A stretch of 64,000 nt of DNA from a virus. A program made the translations under genes and the position numbers. The stretch covers positions 2,549 through 66,548 of IMG/VR virus record IMGVR_UViG_3300037467_001397. One strand, 5' to 3'. How positions within the stretch are numbered: position 1 is the first letter of the stretch; the number at the start of each line of letters is the position of its first letter. Below, piece after piece: positions 53,855 to 63,468 of the stretch. The notes below the pieces were generated by a model that did no database searches, was not told the origin of the DNA, and was given only the letters and a program-made list of their open reading frames with translations.

Positions 53855-54114
53855 CAGGTGGTCCCGAAGAGGATCTGCTCTGGCGCGACGCCGACGGTGC
53901 CGTCATCCGATCCGGCATTGGCGCGCGGCAGGATCAGGGTCGCGGGTCCAGTGAGGATGAAGTCCGGGGCGACGCCCGGGACGGAATTGATGTCGGCGAT
54001 CTGCCCCCAGGCGGTGGCGTCACCCAGTTCCTGCTCGGCGATCTGGAACAGGTTGGCGTTGACGACCGTGATCGTCCGCACCCCGCTCGGCGTGCGCGCC
54101 GGGACCGTGGTCAT
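53854..54114 (-). CDS. LysM-like tail protein (P2 gpX-like)
   Basis: NLFQIAEQELGDATAWGQIADIN..G...LILP. Confidence 0.8.
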   Translation of the reverse strand: MTTVPARTPSGVRTITVVNANLFQIAEQELGDATAWGQIADINSVPGVAPDFILTGPATLILPRANAGSDDGTVGVAPEQILFGTT

Positions 54115-54117
54115 GGA

Positions 54118-54870
54118 TCAGCCCCCGTAGAGCGCGACGTTGCCGGCGATCCGGCCGAGATAGCCCGCGGCGGTCGCGGCGTCGGACAGCGCGCCGGCGC
54201 CGACAGCGAGATTGAGGAGCGCCGCGCTCGCGTCCGCCGGCGACAGGCCGGACAGGACCGAGATGTCACCCTCCGGCAGCGCGGCGTCGGCAGCATCCCG
54301 CGCCGCGTAGAGGGTATTGGCCGCAGCCGAGACCGCGCCGGAGGCGTTGATCAGCGCGTAGACCGGCGCGTCGGCGAACTGGCCGGAGGCGGCAGCGGCT
54401 GCCGCGCCCGCGATGGCGTCCTGCGCTGTGCCGACGAGCGCCGCAGTGGCGTCGTCGAGCCCCATCCCGGCCAGGCTGGCGAAGTCGCCGGCGAGCAGGT
54501 CGCCGATCGAGCCGCCCGCCGCCGCCTGGGTGGGCACCACCTCGACGCAGATCGAGTAGCTGACGCGAAACTCAAAGTGGTAGCGCAGCTTCAGATGGCG
54601 GATGACGACCTGGCGGGCGAAGCTTCCCCAGGTGAGCAGGTACTGCCCGCCCTCCAGCTTCATCGCGTCAAGCTCACGGGCGCGGTCCGCAGCGTCGCCG
54701 CCCAGGAACACACCCGTCCACTCGATCGGATCGGGGTTGTCGCCCATGTCATCGAAGACACGGTCGCCACCGATCAGGTGATGCACCATCAGATGCTTGG
54801 GCCCGGAGAAAGGGACTTCCTCCGGGATTTCCATGAAGTTGAAGGCGAAGCCGCCCAATGTAACGGCCAT
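54118..54870 (-). CDS. Tail tube initiator (gpU/Mu DNA-circularisation N-terminal-like)
   Basis: VTLGGF.F..EIPE, H.LIGGDR..D.MG, I.W.G.F; lies after the tape measure gene. Confidence 0.75.
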   Translation of the reverse strand: MAVTLGGFAFNFMEIPEEVPFSGPKHLMVHHLIGGDRVFDDMGDNPDPIEWTGVFLGGDAADRARELDAMKLEGGQYLLTWGSFARQVVIRHLKLRYHFEFRVSYSICVEVVPTQAAAGGSIGDLLAGDFASLAGMGLDDATAALVGTAQDAIAGAAAAAASGQFADAPVYALINASGAVSAAANTLYAARDAADAALPEGDISVLSGLSPADASAALLNLAVGAGALSDAATAAGYLGRIAGNVALYGG

Positions 54871-54887
54871 GAACGACTTGCCTTTTG

Positions 54888-57599
54888 TTAGCCGACGACC
54901 GGATACAGCTCAGATGAATCGGCGATGTTGGCGCCCGTCGCCGGCCTGTTGCCGGTCTTGAACTGGTGCCGGGTCATGATCGACGCGAGCCTCTGGCCGT
55001 CGACGTGCAACTGCACGCTCTGCTCGCCGCGGGCAGGGGCGGGCGGAGGCGGTGGGACAGCAGGACCGTGATAGGTCTCGCCGCGCTGGAGCGCACCGCG
55101 GAGCCGCGGGTTGTAATCCGACCAGTTCCGGATGCCCTTACCGTTGTGCAGCAGGACCTGGGCAACACGGGCCTGATCCGCCAGACTCGCCGACATGGCG
55201 TTGGGCGCCGTGATCCCGAGCCGTGGCGCGATCTTGCGCCAGTTCGAGTTGGTGATCTGGTAGTAGCCCTGCGCCGTGTGCGTCCGGTCGCCGATGTAGT
55301 TCATCACGTTCCGGCCGCCGCTCTCGTACTTCGAGATCAGCCCGAGCAGGTTGGCGTCGCTGCCCGTGATGCCGGGAGGCACGATGCCATTGCCGCCGAT
55401 CCCGGAGCCGAGACCGCCGCCGCCGCCCGGGGTGAAGTTGGCCTTTTGGATGAGGCTGCCGCCCCCTCCCCCGCCGCCGAAGTTGATCTGACCGATCACG
55501 GCCCCGGAAGCATATGCCTTCCGCGCCATGTCCATCATGGCGTCGCCGAGCCGCTCCAGCCACGACTTGGCTTCAGGTGCCTTGTCGGAGATCTGCTTGG
55601 AGCCTTCGGCCACGCCCTTCTGGGCTTCTGCGGCCTTCTTGCCTTCGTTCTCGATCCCGCTGAGGCCCGGCAACAGGTCTCCGGGGTTGGAGGTCACGCC
55701 GGCCGGGCCCTTGCCGCCCAGCCCGATGCCCTCCTTCAGCCCGTTGAACTTCTTGACCAGTCCTTCCCAGTCGGTCGCTGCGACGTAGGTCGCAACGGCG
55801 ACGATGCCGGCGACGAGCACGGCAATCGGGCCGCCGACCGCGAACGCCGCCGCGGCAAGCGCGATGACGCCGAGGGTGGTCGCGCCGGCAGCCGCAGCCG
55901 CAACGCCGCCGAACACCTTGGTGGCGGAATCCGGGTCGCTGTGCAGGGTCTTGGCGAGGTTGGAGATCCCCGTATTCAGGGCATCCAAACCCGTCACGGC
56001 CTCACCGACCTTGGCGTCCGCCAAGACCGAGAGGAAGGTCTTGGTGCTCTGCGTCAACTGCTGGAGCTGGCCGCCCATCGTCTCGTTGATGAGACCATCG
56101 ATGCTGCCCTGCGCGTTGAAGCGCTTCAGGTTGGCGTCGATGTTCTTCTCGTTGGCGTGCATCTCGTGGAACATCTTCGCGTAGTTCTTCGCGAAGCTGA
56201 GATTATCAATCGCCTTGTCGATACCCTCGTCACTGGTGATGCCCTTCGAGGCCAGGGCGGTCTTAAAGTATTGCTTGTACCACTGATAGATGTCTTTCTT
56301 CAGAACATCCGCGCCGACGATGGATCCGGACTCGAAGTCCTTCTTTCCGCGCCGGTTGCTGTCCTTCTGGAGACCGAGGCTGACAAGCTCGTCGGACTCG
56401 GTCGTGTTCGACATCTGCCCCTTGAGCAGGTGCTTGGCGAACATGTAGATCGAGTCGCCCGACGCGCCGCCGTTCATCTGCTCGGTGAACATCGGCAGGA
56501 CGCCGCCGACGAACTCCGGAGACCAGCCGGTGGCCGTGCCGCCCGAGTGCTGGACAGCGTTGAACAACTGCTTGCCGTTGAAGATACCGCGCGTGCCGAC
56601 CACGCCGCGTGTCACGGCGTCGAAGTAGGCGTGCTGCTCGGCCTCAGACTTGGCCATCACGCCCATCTGGTCGAGACCGCGGGCGAGGAAACGCGACTGG
56701 CCCTTGTCGTTGACGCGCGCCTTCACCTCCTCGTCGCCGAGCAGGCTTGTGGCGAAGTTCATCTTGGCGATGGCGGGCAGCAGGGCTCGCGCCTCTGCGT
56801 AATCACCCTTGCCGAGATCGGCCAGGTCGGTGATCGTCTTCATGTTCTCCAGCGGCGTTGTGTACCGCTGCGAGAATGCCGTCGCGTAGGCGAGTTCCTT
56901 GTTGCGCGCGATCTCAGCCTCAAGCTGGGACCTGCCCATCGGGCGACCGCCCGACATGCCGCCCTGGAGGCGCTGGATCGCCGCGACTTGGTCAACGCCG
57001 CCCGCGAGCTTGAGCATCTCCTCGACGCCGTGGATGGCGCTTGTGGGGACGCCGGCCGAGCCGACCATGGTGGTCGCGCTGCGCGCCTCGTGGTTGTAGT
57101 AGTGGCCGTCATGCCAGCCGCCGCGCCGATGGCCGCCGCCAGATCCGCCGCCGCCCGTGACACGCACGGGTGACCCGCCGGGGGCGTGGCTACGGACGCC
57201 GGCCAGGGCGCGCTCCAAGCGCTCCGCCGCGCTGGCGGAGTTGCTCAGGCTCGTCGCCCAAGAGCTGAAGCTGCGTGAAGCGCCGCCGTTGCCCGTGCGG
57301 ACGCCCTTGAGCGCCTCCTGAATCTTCTTGACGTCGTCCAGAACGTGCTTCGCGTTGAACCCGAGCGCGAAAGAATGCGTAGCGTTCGAGCCGCCGTGCT
57401 TGCTCAGCCCGGCCATGGCGCGTGACAAAGAGCGCACTTCGCCAAGCACGCGCTGGATCGAGCCGCCCCACGAGTCGATATGGGTCTTGACGCTCTTGGC
57501 GTGGTTCTCGATCTTCTCGAAAGAACCGAGGATCGCCTTCAGTTCGCGCGTTACGTTGCCGGTGACATCGATGGACGTCGAAATTTTATAAACGTCCAT
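54888..57599 (-). CDS. Tape measure protein with C-terminal lysozyme-like domain
   Basis: 903 aa, helical Ala/Gly-rich; C-terminal ISKYESGG...AQGYYQIT..W. Confidence 0.85.
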   Translation of the reverse strand: MDVYKISTSIDVTGNVTRELKAILGSFEKIENHAKSVKTHIDSWGGSIQRVLGEVRSLSRAMAGLSKHGGSNATHSFALGFNAKHVLDDVKKIQEALKGVRTGNGGASRSFSSWATSLSNSASAAERLERALAGVRSHAPGGSPVRVTGGGGSGGGHRRGGWHDGHYYNHEARSATTMVGSAGVPTSAIHGVEEMLKLAGGVDQVAAIQRLQGGMSGGRPMGRSQLEAEIARNKELAYATAFSQRYTTPLENMKTITDLADLGKGDYAEARALLPAIAKMNFATSLLGDEEVKARVNDKGQSRFLARGLDQMGVMAKSEAEQHAYFDAVTRGVVGTRGIFNGKQLFNAVQHSGGTATGWSPEFVGGVLPMFTEQMNGGASGDSIYMFAKHLLKGQMSNTTESDELVSLGLQKDSNRRGKKDFESGSIVGADVLKKDIYQWYKQYFKTALASKGITSDEGIDKAIDNLSFAKNYAKMFHEMHANEKNIDANLKRFNAQGSIDGLINETMGGQLQQLTQSTKTFLSVLADAKVGEAVTGLDALNTGISNLAKTLHSDPDSATKVFGGVAAAAAGATTLGVIALAAAAFAVGGPIAVLVAGIVAVATYVAATDWEGLVKKFNGLKEGIGLGGKGPAGVTSNPGDLLPGLSGIENEGKKAAEAQKGVAEGSKQISDKAPEAKSWLERLGDAMMDMARKAYASGAVIGQINFGGGGGGGSLIQKANFTPGGGGGLGSGIGGNGIVPPGITGSDANLLGLISKYESGGRNVMNYIGDRTHTAQGYYQITNSNWRKIAPRLGITAPNAMSASLADQARVAQVLLHNGKGIRNWSDYNPRLRGALQRGETYHGPAVPPPPPAPARGEQSVQLHVDGQRLASIMTRHQFKTGNRPATGANIADSSELYPVVG

Positions 57600-57618
57600 G
57601 ATCTACTCTCGCTGCGCG

Positions 57619-58431
57619 TCAACTGTCTGGAACATCATTTAAGCACGCAAACTCGCCGCGATACATCACTGCGGCTTTGTTGTAGGCGCGCGCCGCGTCT
57701 TCCTTGGTTTCGAATGAACCAAGATAGACCATCTTCCTTCCGATGCTTATTTTCGCCTGGAATCTATCCGGCCCGAGAGCGTATACCCCCGTGTACCCGA
57801 ACTTGTTTAGGCGACCCTTGTGGACGTTTCGGTTGTTCTGAGCGCGAGTGGCGAGTCTCAAATTCTCGATCCTATTGTTGCTAGGATCGCGATCTATGTG
57901 GTCAATTTCATTTGGCGGCCATTCTCCATGGTGGAGATACCAAACGATATGGTGCGTATAGCAATAGAATCTGCTTATGCTGACAATTCTATACCCGAGA
58001 GAGTTTGTGCTTCCCGCCTCTTGCCCAACTTTGATCTTATTTGAGCGCGAAACTTTCCAAGATAGTTTGCCCGTTCCGGCGTCGTATTCGAGTAACTCCG
58101 GCAACTGCGGCAAGATATCTGATCGTTGCCCCTTCCTTGCGACCTTCGGTCTCGGTGGGCGCTTGCTGCTCAACAGCCGCTTTACTTCCTCCGCTCGGCG
58201 CTCGCCGTACCCGCGGCGCCGGATGACCGTCTCTATTGCGCCGTGACACTGCTGGCAGAGAGTTGTCAGATCGTCGACGGTCTCTTCTCCCGGCGTCTCC
58301 GCATATCTCCGATGGTGGACAACCAAGCTCGAAGTCGATCCGCATCCCCGGCACGCGCACGAGTCGCGCTCAAGAGCTTGCCGCCTGAGCTTCGCCCACG
58401 CTGGCGAGCAATAATACGGGCGAGCGTGCAT
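57619..58431 (-). CDS. Double-HNH endonuclease with C-terminal AP2 domain
   Basis: CRGCG..VHHRRY..LCQQCH; then EIDHIDRDPSNNRIENLRLAT; then YTGV..FQAKI..YLGSF...AARAYN. Confidence 0.85.
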   Translation of the reverse strand: MHARPYYCSPAWAKLRRQALERDSCACRGCGSTSSLVVHHRRYAETPGEETVDDLTTLCQQCHGAIETVIRRRGYGERRAEEVKRLLSSKRPPRPKVARKGQRSDILPQLPELLEYDAGTGKLSWKVSRSNKIKVGQEAGSTNSLGYRIVSISRFYCYTHHIVWYLHHGEWPPNEIDHIDRDPSNNRIENLRLATRAQNNRNVHKGRLNKFGYTGVYALGPDRFQAKISIGRKMVYLGSFETKEDAARAYNKAAVMYRGEFACLNDVPDS

Positions 58432-58481
58432 CACCTTGTCCCGGTACGTGCTTCGTGATAACACGATACCAAGTGATCGCG

Positions 58482-58676
58482 ATGCAGTCAATCGGTGTTA
58501 ACGTGAAAACACGAAAGCCGCGCGCGGCGCAGGCCGGCGAACTAATCGGCGTGCGCCTCCAGCCGGATCAACTCGCGGCGCTTGACCGTTACAGGGCCGC
58601 ACAGGAGGATGTGCCGACGAGGCCAGAAGCGCTTCGCCGCCTTGCGGCACAGGCGTTACGCGCCCTGGAGGGGTAG
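58482..58676 (+). CDS. Ribbon-helix-helix (CopG-like) protein
   Basis: IGVRLQPDQLAALDRYR..TRPEALRRL. Confidence 0.75.
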   Translation: MQSIGVNVKTRKPRAAQAGELIGVRLQPDQLAALDRYRAAQEDVPTRPEALRRLAAQALRALEG

Positions 58677-58677
58677 C

Positions 58678-58875
58678 ATGTTTGCCGGGATCATAGCGTG
58701 CGTTGTCGCAGTATTTTTCGTCGTATTCGTGATAAGAATACTTGGCATGCCGGTCTACGCACTTCAGGCATTTCGCGATGGACGCCCTTGGCTCGGTTGG
58801 AGCATGGCGATCGTGTCGCTCGCGATCCTCTGGGTCGTCTGGGACGTTGCGAGCAGCCTCATGCACATGCACTAA
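58678..58875 (+). CDS. Small two-TM membrane protein (moron)
   Basis: Two hydrophobic helices; GGAGG RBS. Confidence 0.7.
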   Translation: MFAGIIACVVAVFFVVFVIRILGMPVYALQAFRDGRPWLGWSMAIVSLAILWVVWDVASSLMHMH

Positions 58876-59312
58876 CCCCGCCCCGCCAGATGCGCGTGGA
58901 CGGCTTCGCCGATCAGATGCGCCGCCTCTTTGCCGTGCCGCGCGCCGGTCTCCCCTAAAAAGGAGCGCGGCGGGGCCTTGTCGGTCCCGAGTTCGTTCCA
59001 GACTGCCTTGTCATCGTCGGACCCGACCGCGGCGTGCGCGTGATCCACAACTTTGTGTTGGATCGACTCCCTCAGTCCGCCGGTCCGCAGCAAGGGATCG
59101 TTTGGAGAGAACCCTTTGTTGACGCGGTCAGCCTGGGTGCGATCAGCGAGCTGCGGCCAGCCATAATCATAGCCGCCGATGACCGCCTTGGCCTTTTCCT
59201 CAATGTGCGCCGCCGCCTTCTCCAGCCCGTGCTTCTGGGCTTCGGGGAGCGTTGCGATCCGTCCGTTCATGTAGGCAACGAAGGCGGAGATCGAGTTGAA
59301 CGTGCGCGCCAT
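58872..59312 (-). CDS. HK97 gp10-like/virion morphogenesis protein
   Basis: W.QLA..T, PLLRTGGLRESI, ELGT.KAPPRSFL. Confidence 0.8.
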   Translation of the reverse strand: MARTFNSISAFVAYMNGRIATLPEAQKHGLEKAAAHIEEKAKAVIGGYDYGWPQLADRTQADRVNKGFSPNDPLLRTGGLRESIQHKVVDHAHAAVGSDDDKAVWNELGTDKAPPRSFLGETGARHGKEAAHLIGEAVHAHLAGRG

Positions 59313-59501
59313 TCAACCCTCCCGCCTCGCGTCCCACGCCCACGATCCGAAATTGAACTTGGCCTCGCCCTTCAGCTCGACTGCGACGATGTACATCGCG
59401 GTGCGCATGCGATCGGAGAGGCTCTCGATGACGTTCCAGGGCACGCCGGCCGCCGCGAGTGTCAATGTCTCGACGAGGCCGGGTGCCTCGGTCAGTTTTT
59501 T
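59313..59501 (-). other. -1 frameshift extension of the tail assembly chaperone (gpGT-like)
   Basis: Slippery heptamer A AAA AAC (59495-59501) directly before the chaperone stop; the -1 frame is open to 59313 (LTEAPGLV...GVPWNVI..LSD.MR.A...KFNFGSWAW). Confidence 0.75.
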
Positions 59502-59857
59502 ATCGCGGCCCGCTCGTCCTCGTCATCGACGGGGTTCAGGCTGCGCAGACCATCGTTGACTGCGTCCCAGTCATCGCCGATCCGCTTCACGATCGCCATG
59601 ATCTGGTTCTTGGACGCGCGCGGCAGCGACTCGTCCTCGTCAATCGACTTCACCGAGAAGGCGACGAGGGCATAGGTCAAAAACGGAATGTTCTGGCTGG
59701 CTTCGGAGCCAATGGCCTCGAACACCAGCATTCGGTCGAAGGGGGTCAGGCGCTTGACCTTGTAGGTGCGCCCCGACGGGCCGACGACGCGGGCGGTGCC
59801 GGGCTCGGTGGACTTGACCTCAGCCGCATCGGCGGCGTGGACGGTGACCTTGGCCAT
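59492..59857 (-). CDS. Tail assembly chaperone (gpG-like)
   Basis: 121 aa between tube and tape measure region; ends at the slippery site. Confidence 0.8.
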   Translation of the reverse strand: MAKVTVHAADAAEVKSTEPGTARVVGPSGRTYKVKRLTPFDRMLVFEAIGSEASQNIPFLTYALVAFSVKSIDEDESLPRASKNQIMAIVKRIGDDWDAVNDGLRSLNPVDDEDERAAIKN

Positions 59858-59937
59858 CTGTTTCCTAGGGGTTTAAGCGCTTCAGCGCGGGAAAGCGCGG
59901 GGCCGCCGCGCCTCATGCTCGGCGGCCCCGGAAAGGA

Positions 59938-60366
59938 TTATTGGATCGGGATGCGGCGCGACGCTTCCCAATCGAGCTTCGGGGTGACGTTGCTGTCCTT
60001 GCGCCAGTTGCCGGCGTCGGAGCAGGAGAACACCACGTTGGTGAAGCGCCACTGGGAGATCGAGCCGTCGACCTCGAGGACCGTCTCGGTGATCGAGCCG
60101 TACACGAACGTGCTGCCCTGGTAGTAGGCGTTCTCGTACAGCGTGATCAGGTCATCGAGCGCGCGGTTGGCGCGGTCGAGCGCGACCGAGCCGCCCCAGC
60201 CGTCCGGGACGTTGAAGAAGCGGGTGACGCCGTCGATGGCCGACGACTTCAGCTTCGACACCATCTGGTGCGAGTTGAAGTCGGTGACGATGGACAGGTT
60301 GATGATGCCGTTCGGGCCGGCGATGTCGATCGATACGTCGCGGCCGGTATTAAAAGGACCAGGCAT
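59938..60366 (-). CDS. Tail tube protein
   Basis: 142 aa directly after the sheath; beta-rich. Confidence 0.8.
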   Translation of the reverse strand: MPGPFNTGRDVSIDIAGPNGIINLSIVTDFNSHQMVSKLKSSAIDGVTRFFNVPDGWGGSVALDRANRALDDLITLYENAYYQGSTFVYGSITETVLEVDGSISQWRFTNVVFSCSDAGNWRKDSNVTPKLDWEASRRIPIQ

Positions 60367-60412
60367 AGATGTGCCTCACAATGCAGGTTGAAGGATCGGT
60401 GAAGACGAGCGC

Positions 60413-61957
60413 TTAGCCGTTGAAGCTGACGCTGGTCGTCGTGCGGTCGATCGAGACAGTCTGGCCGCCCTGCATGTTGACGATGAAGTATTCGACCACG
60501 CTCTGGTACGTGACCTCGACGTCGGCCTGCTCGTAGCCGAGCGAGACCCTCGAAAACGGGTTGTTGTTCTTGTCGAGCTGGACCTTCCAAGCGTTCGGAC
60601 CGTTGACGTCGCCAATCAGGCCCTGGCTCTGGAGGTTGGCGAAGAACGAGTCGAGCGTGATCTTGGCCTTGCGCTGCTGACTCTCGGTCTGGAGCGTGCC
60701 GACATACTTGCCGACGCCCGACGCGATGGTAAAGGCAATGAAGTTCGTCATTCTGGTGTAGTTATCACCATGAATGGCAGCATTGCTCGAAGTATTGCGG
60801 CCGTTGCGGCAACCGAAGTAGCTGCCGCCGGGGACCGGGTTGCAGATCACGTCGATGCCGGCTTGGGCGAGCGCCTGAAGCTCGGCCGAGGTGTACGGGA
60901 CACCCGTCTGAGACTTCTGCGTGCCGACGATGCCGAAGATCTGCTTGTTGAGCGTGGACTGGTTGGGAGCGAGGTTGCCGAGCAGACCGGCGACGAACGC
61001 CTGCGGCGGCACGAGACGGGTCAGGCCGTTGGTGCTGTCGAAGAAGTACACCCAGTCGCCCAGCATGAGCTTCAGGGCGTAGCTGTCGATGCCGGCGGTG
61101 GTCTTCACGGTCGTGGCGTTGGTGATCGTGTCGCCCGACGGGCCGACCGCGATCATGTACATGCCCTCGCTGAGACCGAACGCGATTTGCGTCGCCCAGG
61201 TGGTCGAGTCCGTCAGGTCCGTCAGCATGGCGACCGAGCAGCCGGAGCCGCGCAGCGCGTACAGGCCGGTGCGCGGCAGGGTGTCGACGCCGACCATCAC
61301 CGAGGAGGTGATCGTAGCCACGCCGTCGGTGCCGCCGGTCAGCGTGTAACTGGCGGTGGCCGGAACGGTCGTGCCGGCGCCGGCGGTCGCGATCACGTAG
61401 TTCGACGGGCCGCGCAGGCCGGACTGGCCGTTGTTGATCGCCGAAGCGATGTTCACCCACAGGGCGTTGCCGGTGCCGGTGATGTTGTCGAACACCTCAC
61501 CGACCTGGCCGGGGCGGGCCACGACGACGCGGTAGGAGGAGGCGGCCGAGCCCGGTCCGATCGAGATCACGTCGCTGTTGGCGAGCGAGCCGGTGTACTT
61601 GGAGGTGACGGTCAGACAGGTGGTCTGGATCGAGACGGTGGCGGCGACGTCGGTGCCGTCGGTGACGCGCACGAACTTGACCGCCGGGACCGCGCCCTGC
61701 TGGTAGATGTTGAACACCGCCGTGGCGCCGTCGAAGGTCCGGGCCTTCATCGCGCCGTACTGCGCGGCGTGGCTCGGGTAGCTGCCGACGATGCCGGGGG
61801 CGCCGCCGACCGGGCCCCACTGCGCGGTGCCGACAACGCCGATGACGTTGGTCGCGACACCGTTGATCAGGAGCTGGGGCGGAACGACCTGGATGTATAG
61901 ATCGGCCACGCTCAGCGCAGCCGTATTGATCTGTCCCTGCTGGACGACCTGGGGCAT
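60413..61957 (-). CDS. Tail sheath protein
   Basis: GQIN..AL.VADLY.Q, GVVGTAQWGPV, LTGGTDG, GLYAL, PPQAFVAG. Confidence 0.9.
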   Translation of the reverse strand: MPQVVQQGQINTAALSVADLYIQVVPPQLLINGVATNVIGVVGTAQWGPVGGAPGIVGSYPSHAAQYGAMKARTFDGATAVFNIYQQGAVPAVKFVRVTDGTDVAATVSIQTTCLTVTSKYTGSLANSDVISIGPGSAASSYRVVVARPGQVGEVFDNITGTGNALWVNIASAINNGQSGLRGPSNYVIATAGAGTTVPATASYTLTGGTDGVATITSSVMVGVDTLPRTGLYALRGSGCSVAMLTDLTDSTTWATQIAFGLSEGMYMIAVGPSGDTITNATTVKTTAGIDSYALKLMLGDWVYFFDSTNGLTRLVPPQAFVAGLLGNLAPNQSTLNKQIFGIVGTQKSQTGVPYTSAELQALAQAGIDVICNPVPGGSYFGCRNGRNTSSNAAIHGDNYTRMTNFIAFTIASGVGKYVGTLQTESQQRKAKITLDSFFANLQSQGLIGDVNGPNAWKVQLDKNNNPFSRVSLGYEQADVEVTYQSVVEYFIVNMQGGQTVSIDRTTTSVSFNG

Positions 61958-62161
61958 GTTCAAATCCCTGCTTGTGCTTGGGGAATGCGCGCAGGCACCA
62001 CCCCAAGCCGGGATGAATACTTGCCAGCGCTAGGGGAGCAGACCGCGGTCTCGTGAGCACGAGCGGTCTCGCTCCGCCGCTGGCATCGGCCGCGGGGCAG
62101 AGGGCGAGAGGGGTCGCGGGTCTTGAGGAGGGCCGGCGGGCTCACCGCGCCGGAGAAAGGC

Positions 62162-62422
62162 TTAGTGCGACGCGATCCGGATCTCGACGGCGATCTCGCC
62201 GCGGCACAGGGCGTCGTGCGTGTTCTCGGGTAGGTCGACGTTGACCCGGTAGCCCTCGAAGGCGAACGGGGTCAGCGCGCCGGGCGCGACCCGCTCGATC
62301 AGGCCGGGCAGGCGCTCGCCGCGCAGGACGCCCTGTCCGGCGACCGCGTAGGCGATGGCCTGGTTGACCCGCAGGCGCACGTCCATCGGCACGCCGGGGT
62401 CGACGTGACCCACCGCGGGCAT
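62162..62422 (-). CDS. Hypothetical protein
   Basis: ATG at 62422 right after the upstream stop. Confidence 0.5.
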   Translation of the reverse strand: MPAVGHVDPGVPMDVRLRVNQAIAYAVAGQGVLRGERLPGLIERVAPGALTPFAFEGYRVNVDLPENTHDALCRGEIAVEIRIASH

Positions 62423-62423
62423 C

Positions 62424-62615
62424 TCAGTGCTCGTCAGCCGGGGCGGCCTCGGCGGCCGGGGCGGCGGCCGGAGCAGCGGCATGCACGCCGGCGGGCACCT
62501 TGACGACGTGGTGGGCGTGCTCGGAGGCCAGGATCTCCTTGATCTTGGCCGCGTCGGTGATGAAGTCGCCCTTCTGGTAGGACGCGAAGGGGACGCGAAC
62601 GGTCAGCTCAAACAT
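62424..62615 (-). CDS. Small virion-associated protein
   Basis: L.VRVPFASYQKGDFITD..I..IL, typical of small pre-sheath genes. Confidence 0.7.
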   Translation of the reverse strand: MFELTVRVPFASYQKGDFITDAAKIKEILASEHAHHVVKVPAGVHAAAPAAAPAAEAAPADEH

Positions 62616-62622
62616 GGGGTCC

Positions 62623-63465
62623 TCATGAATTCGTGGTCACGATCGGAGCCGCATGGGGGACTTGGCTTCCGGTGGAGTTGGCGATGACGTCGACGACCTC
62701 GTAGGCCGACTGGACCTGCGTCGTTGGGTATTCCACCCAATAAAACAGGTCGCGCCGCCACAGCAGTTCTTTCTGCGGGGCGTCGTCCGACGTTGTCCGC
62801 TCGTAGCGCACGAGGCCGGATGAGCCGTCGGGGAGCGCGATGAAGTTGATCGCCGCCAGCGCGGGGTCGATGACCTGCGCGACGGCGTCACGGTTGCCCG
62901 GCGACGAGCACCACAGAGTCACCTGGATGCTCTTGTTCTGCCGGCGGATCTCGCGGATCACCGCGCCGATGCCAGCCACGCGGGCGAAGGTGAAGCCGCC
63001 AGGCGCGGTCAGGACCGGTCCGGCGGCCGAGCACGCGACACCCTTGGCGCTCAATAGGGCCTGGATTGCGCTAGCGAGGCCGCTGAGCGTGTCCGTGGCT
63101 TGGACGGCATAGACCACCGTCGCGCCGCCTGGCGCCTGCACAGCGACGTTCTGCGGCGTCGAGATTGTACCGCCGAACGTGAGCGTCGTGCCGGAGACCG
63201 CGGTCGTGATCGTGTGGACCGGTGGTGCGATCTGTTGCCAATCCCACAGGTAGCGGGTCTTGACTTGCTCGACACCGTTGCGGGCGAAGATCGAGACGTG
63301 GCTCGTGCCGGCCGCGAGGTCGGCGTCGAGCTGCGCCGCGTTCGGCCAGCCGCGGTAGACCCGGCAGGGCATGCCGGCCGCCGAGGGCTGACCGGTGCCG
63401 TTCGGATAGAGCGCGCCGGCGATGACGCCGACCAGCGTGTCGAGAACCTGGGATTCGTCCGCCAT
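62623..63465 (-). CDS. Tail completion/neck protein
   Basis: MAD.S.V...LV..I..ALYP.G, VYRGWP...LDADL, RRQ..IQVTLWC..P..RD. Confidence 0.75.
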   Translation of the reverse strand: MADESQVLDTLVGVIAGALYPNGTGQPSAAGMPCRVYRGWPNAAQLDADLAAGTSHVSIFARNGVEQVKTRYLWDWQQIAPPVHTITTAVSGTTLTFGGTISTPQNVAVQAPGGATVVYAVQATDTLSGLASAIQALLSAKGVACSAAGPVLTAPGGFTFARVAGIGAVIREIRRQNKSIQVTLWCSSPGNRDAVAQVIDPALAAINFIALPDGSSGLVRYERTTSDDAPQKELLWRRDLFYWVEYPTTQVQSAYEVVDVIANSTGSQVPHAAPIVTTNS

Positions 63466-63468
63466 GGG

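Noticed and set aside
51212-57173. Long plus-strand ORFs (e.g. 51212..53770, 54966..57173; also 346..1383, 32244..33566, 44345..45706)
   Set aside because: Antisense shadows of real minus-strand genes, expected in GC-rich DNA; Arg/Gly/Ala-rich translations with no motifs.
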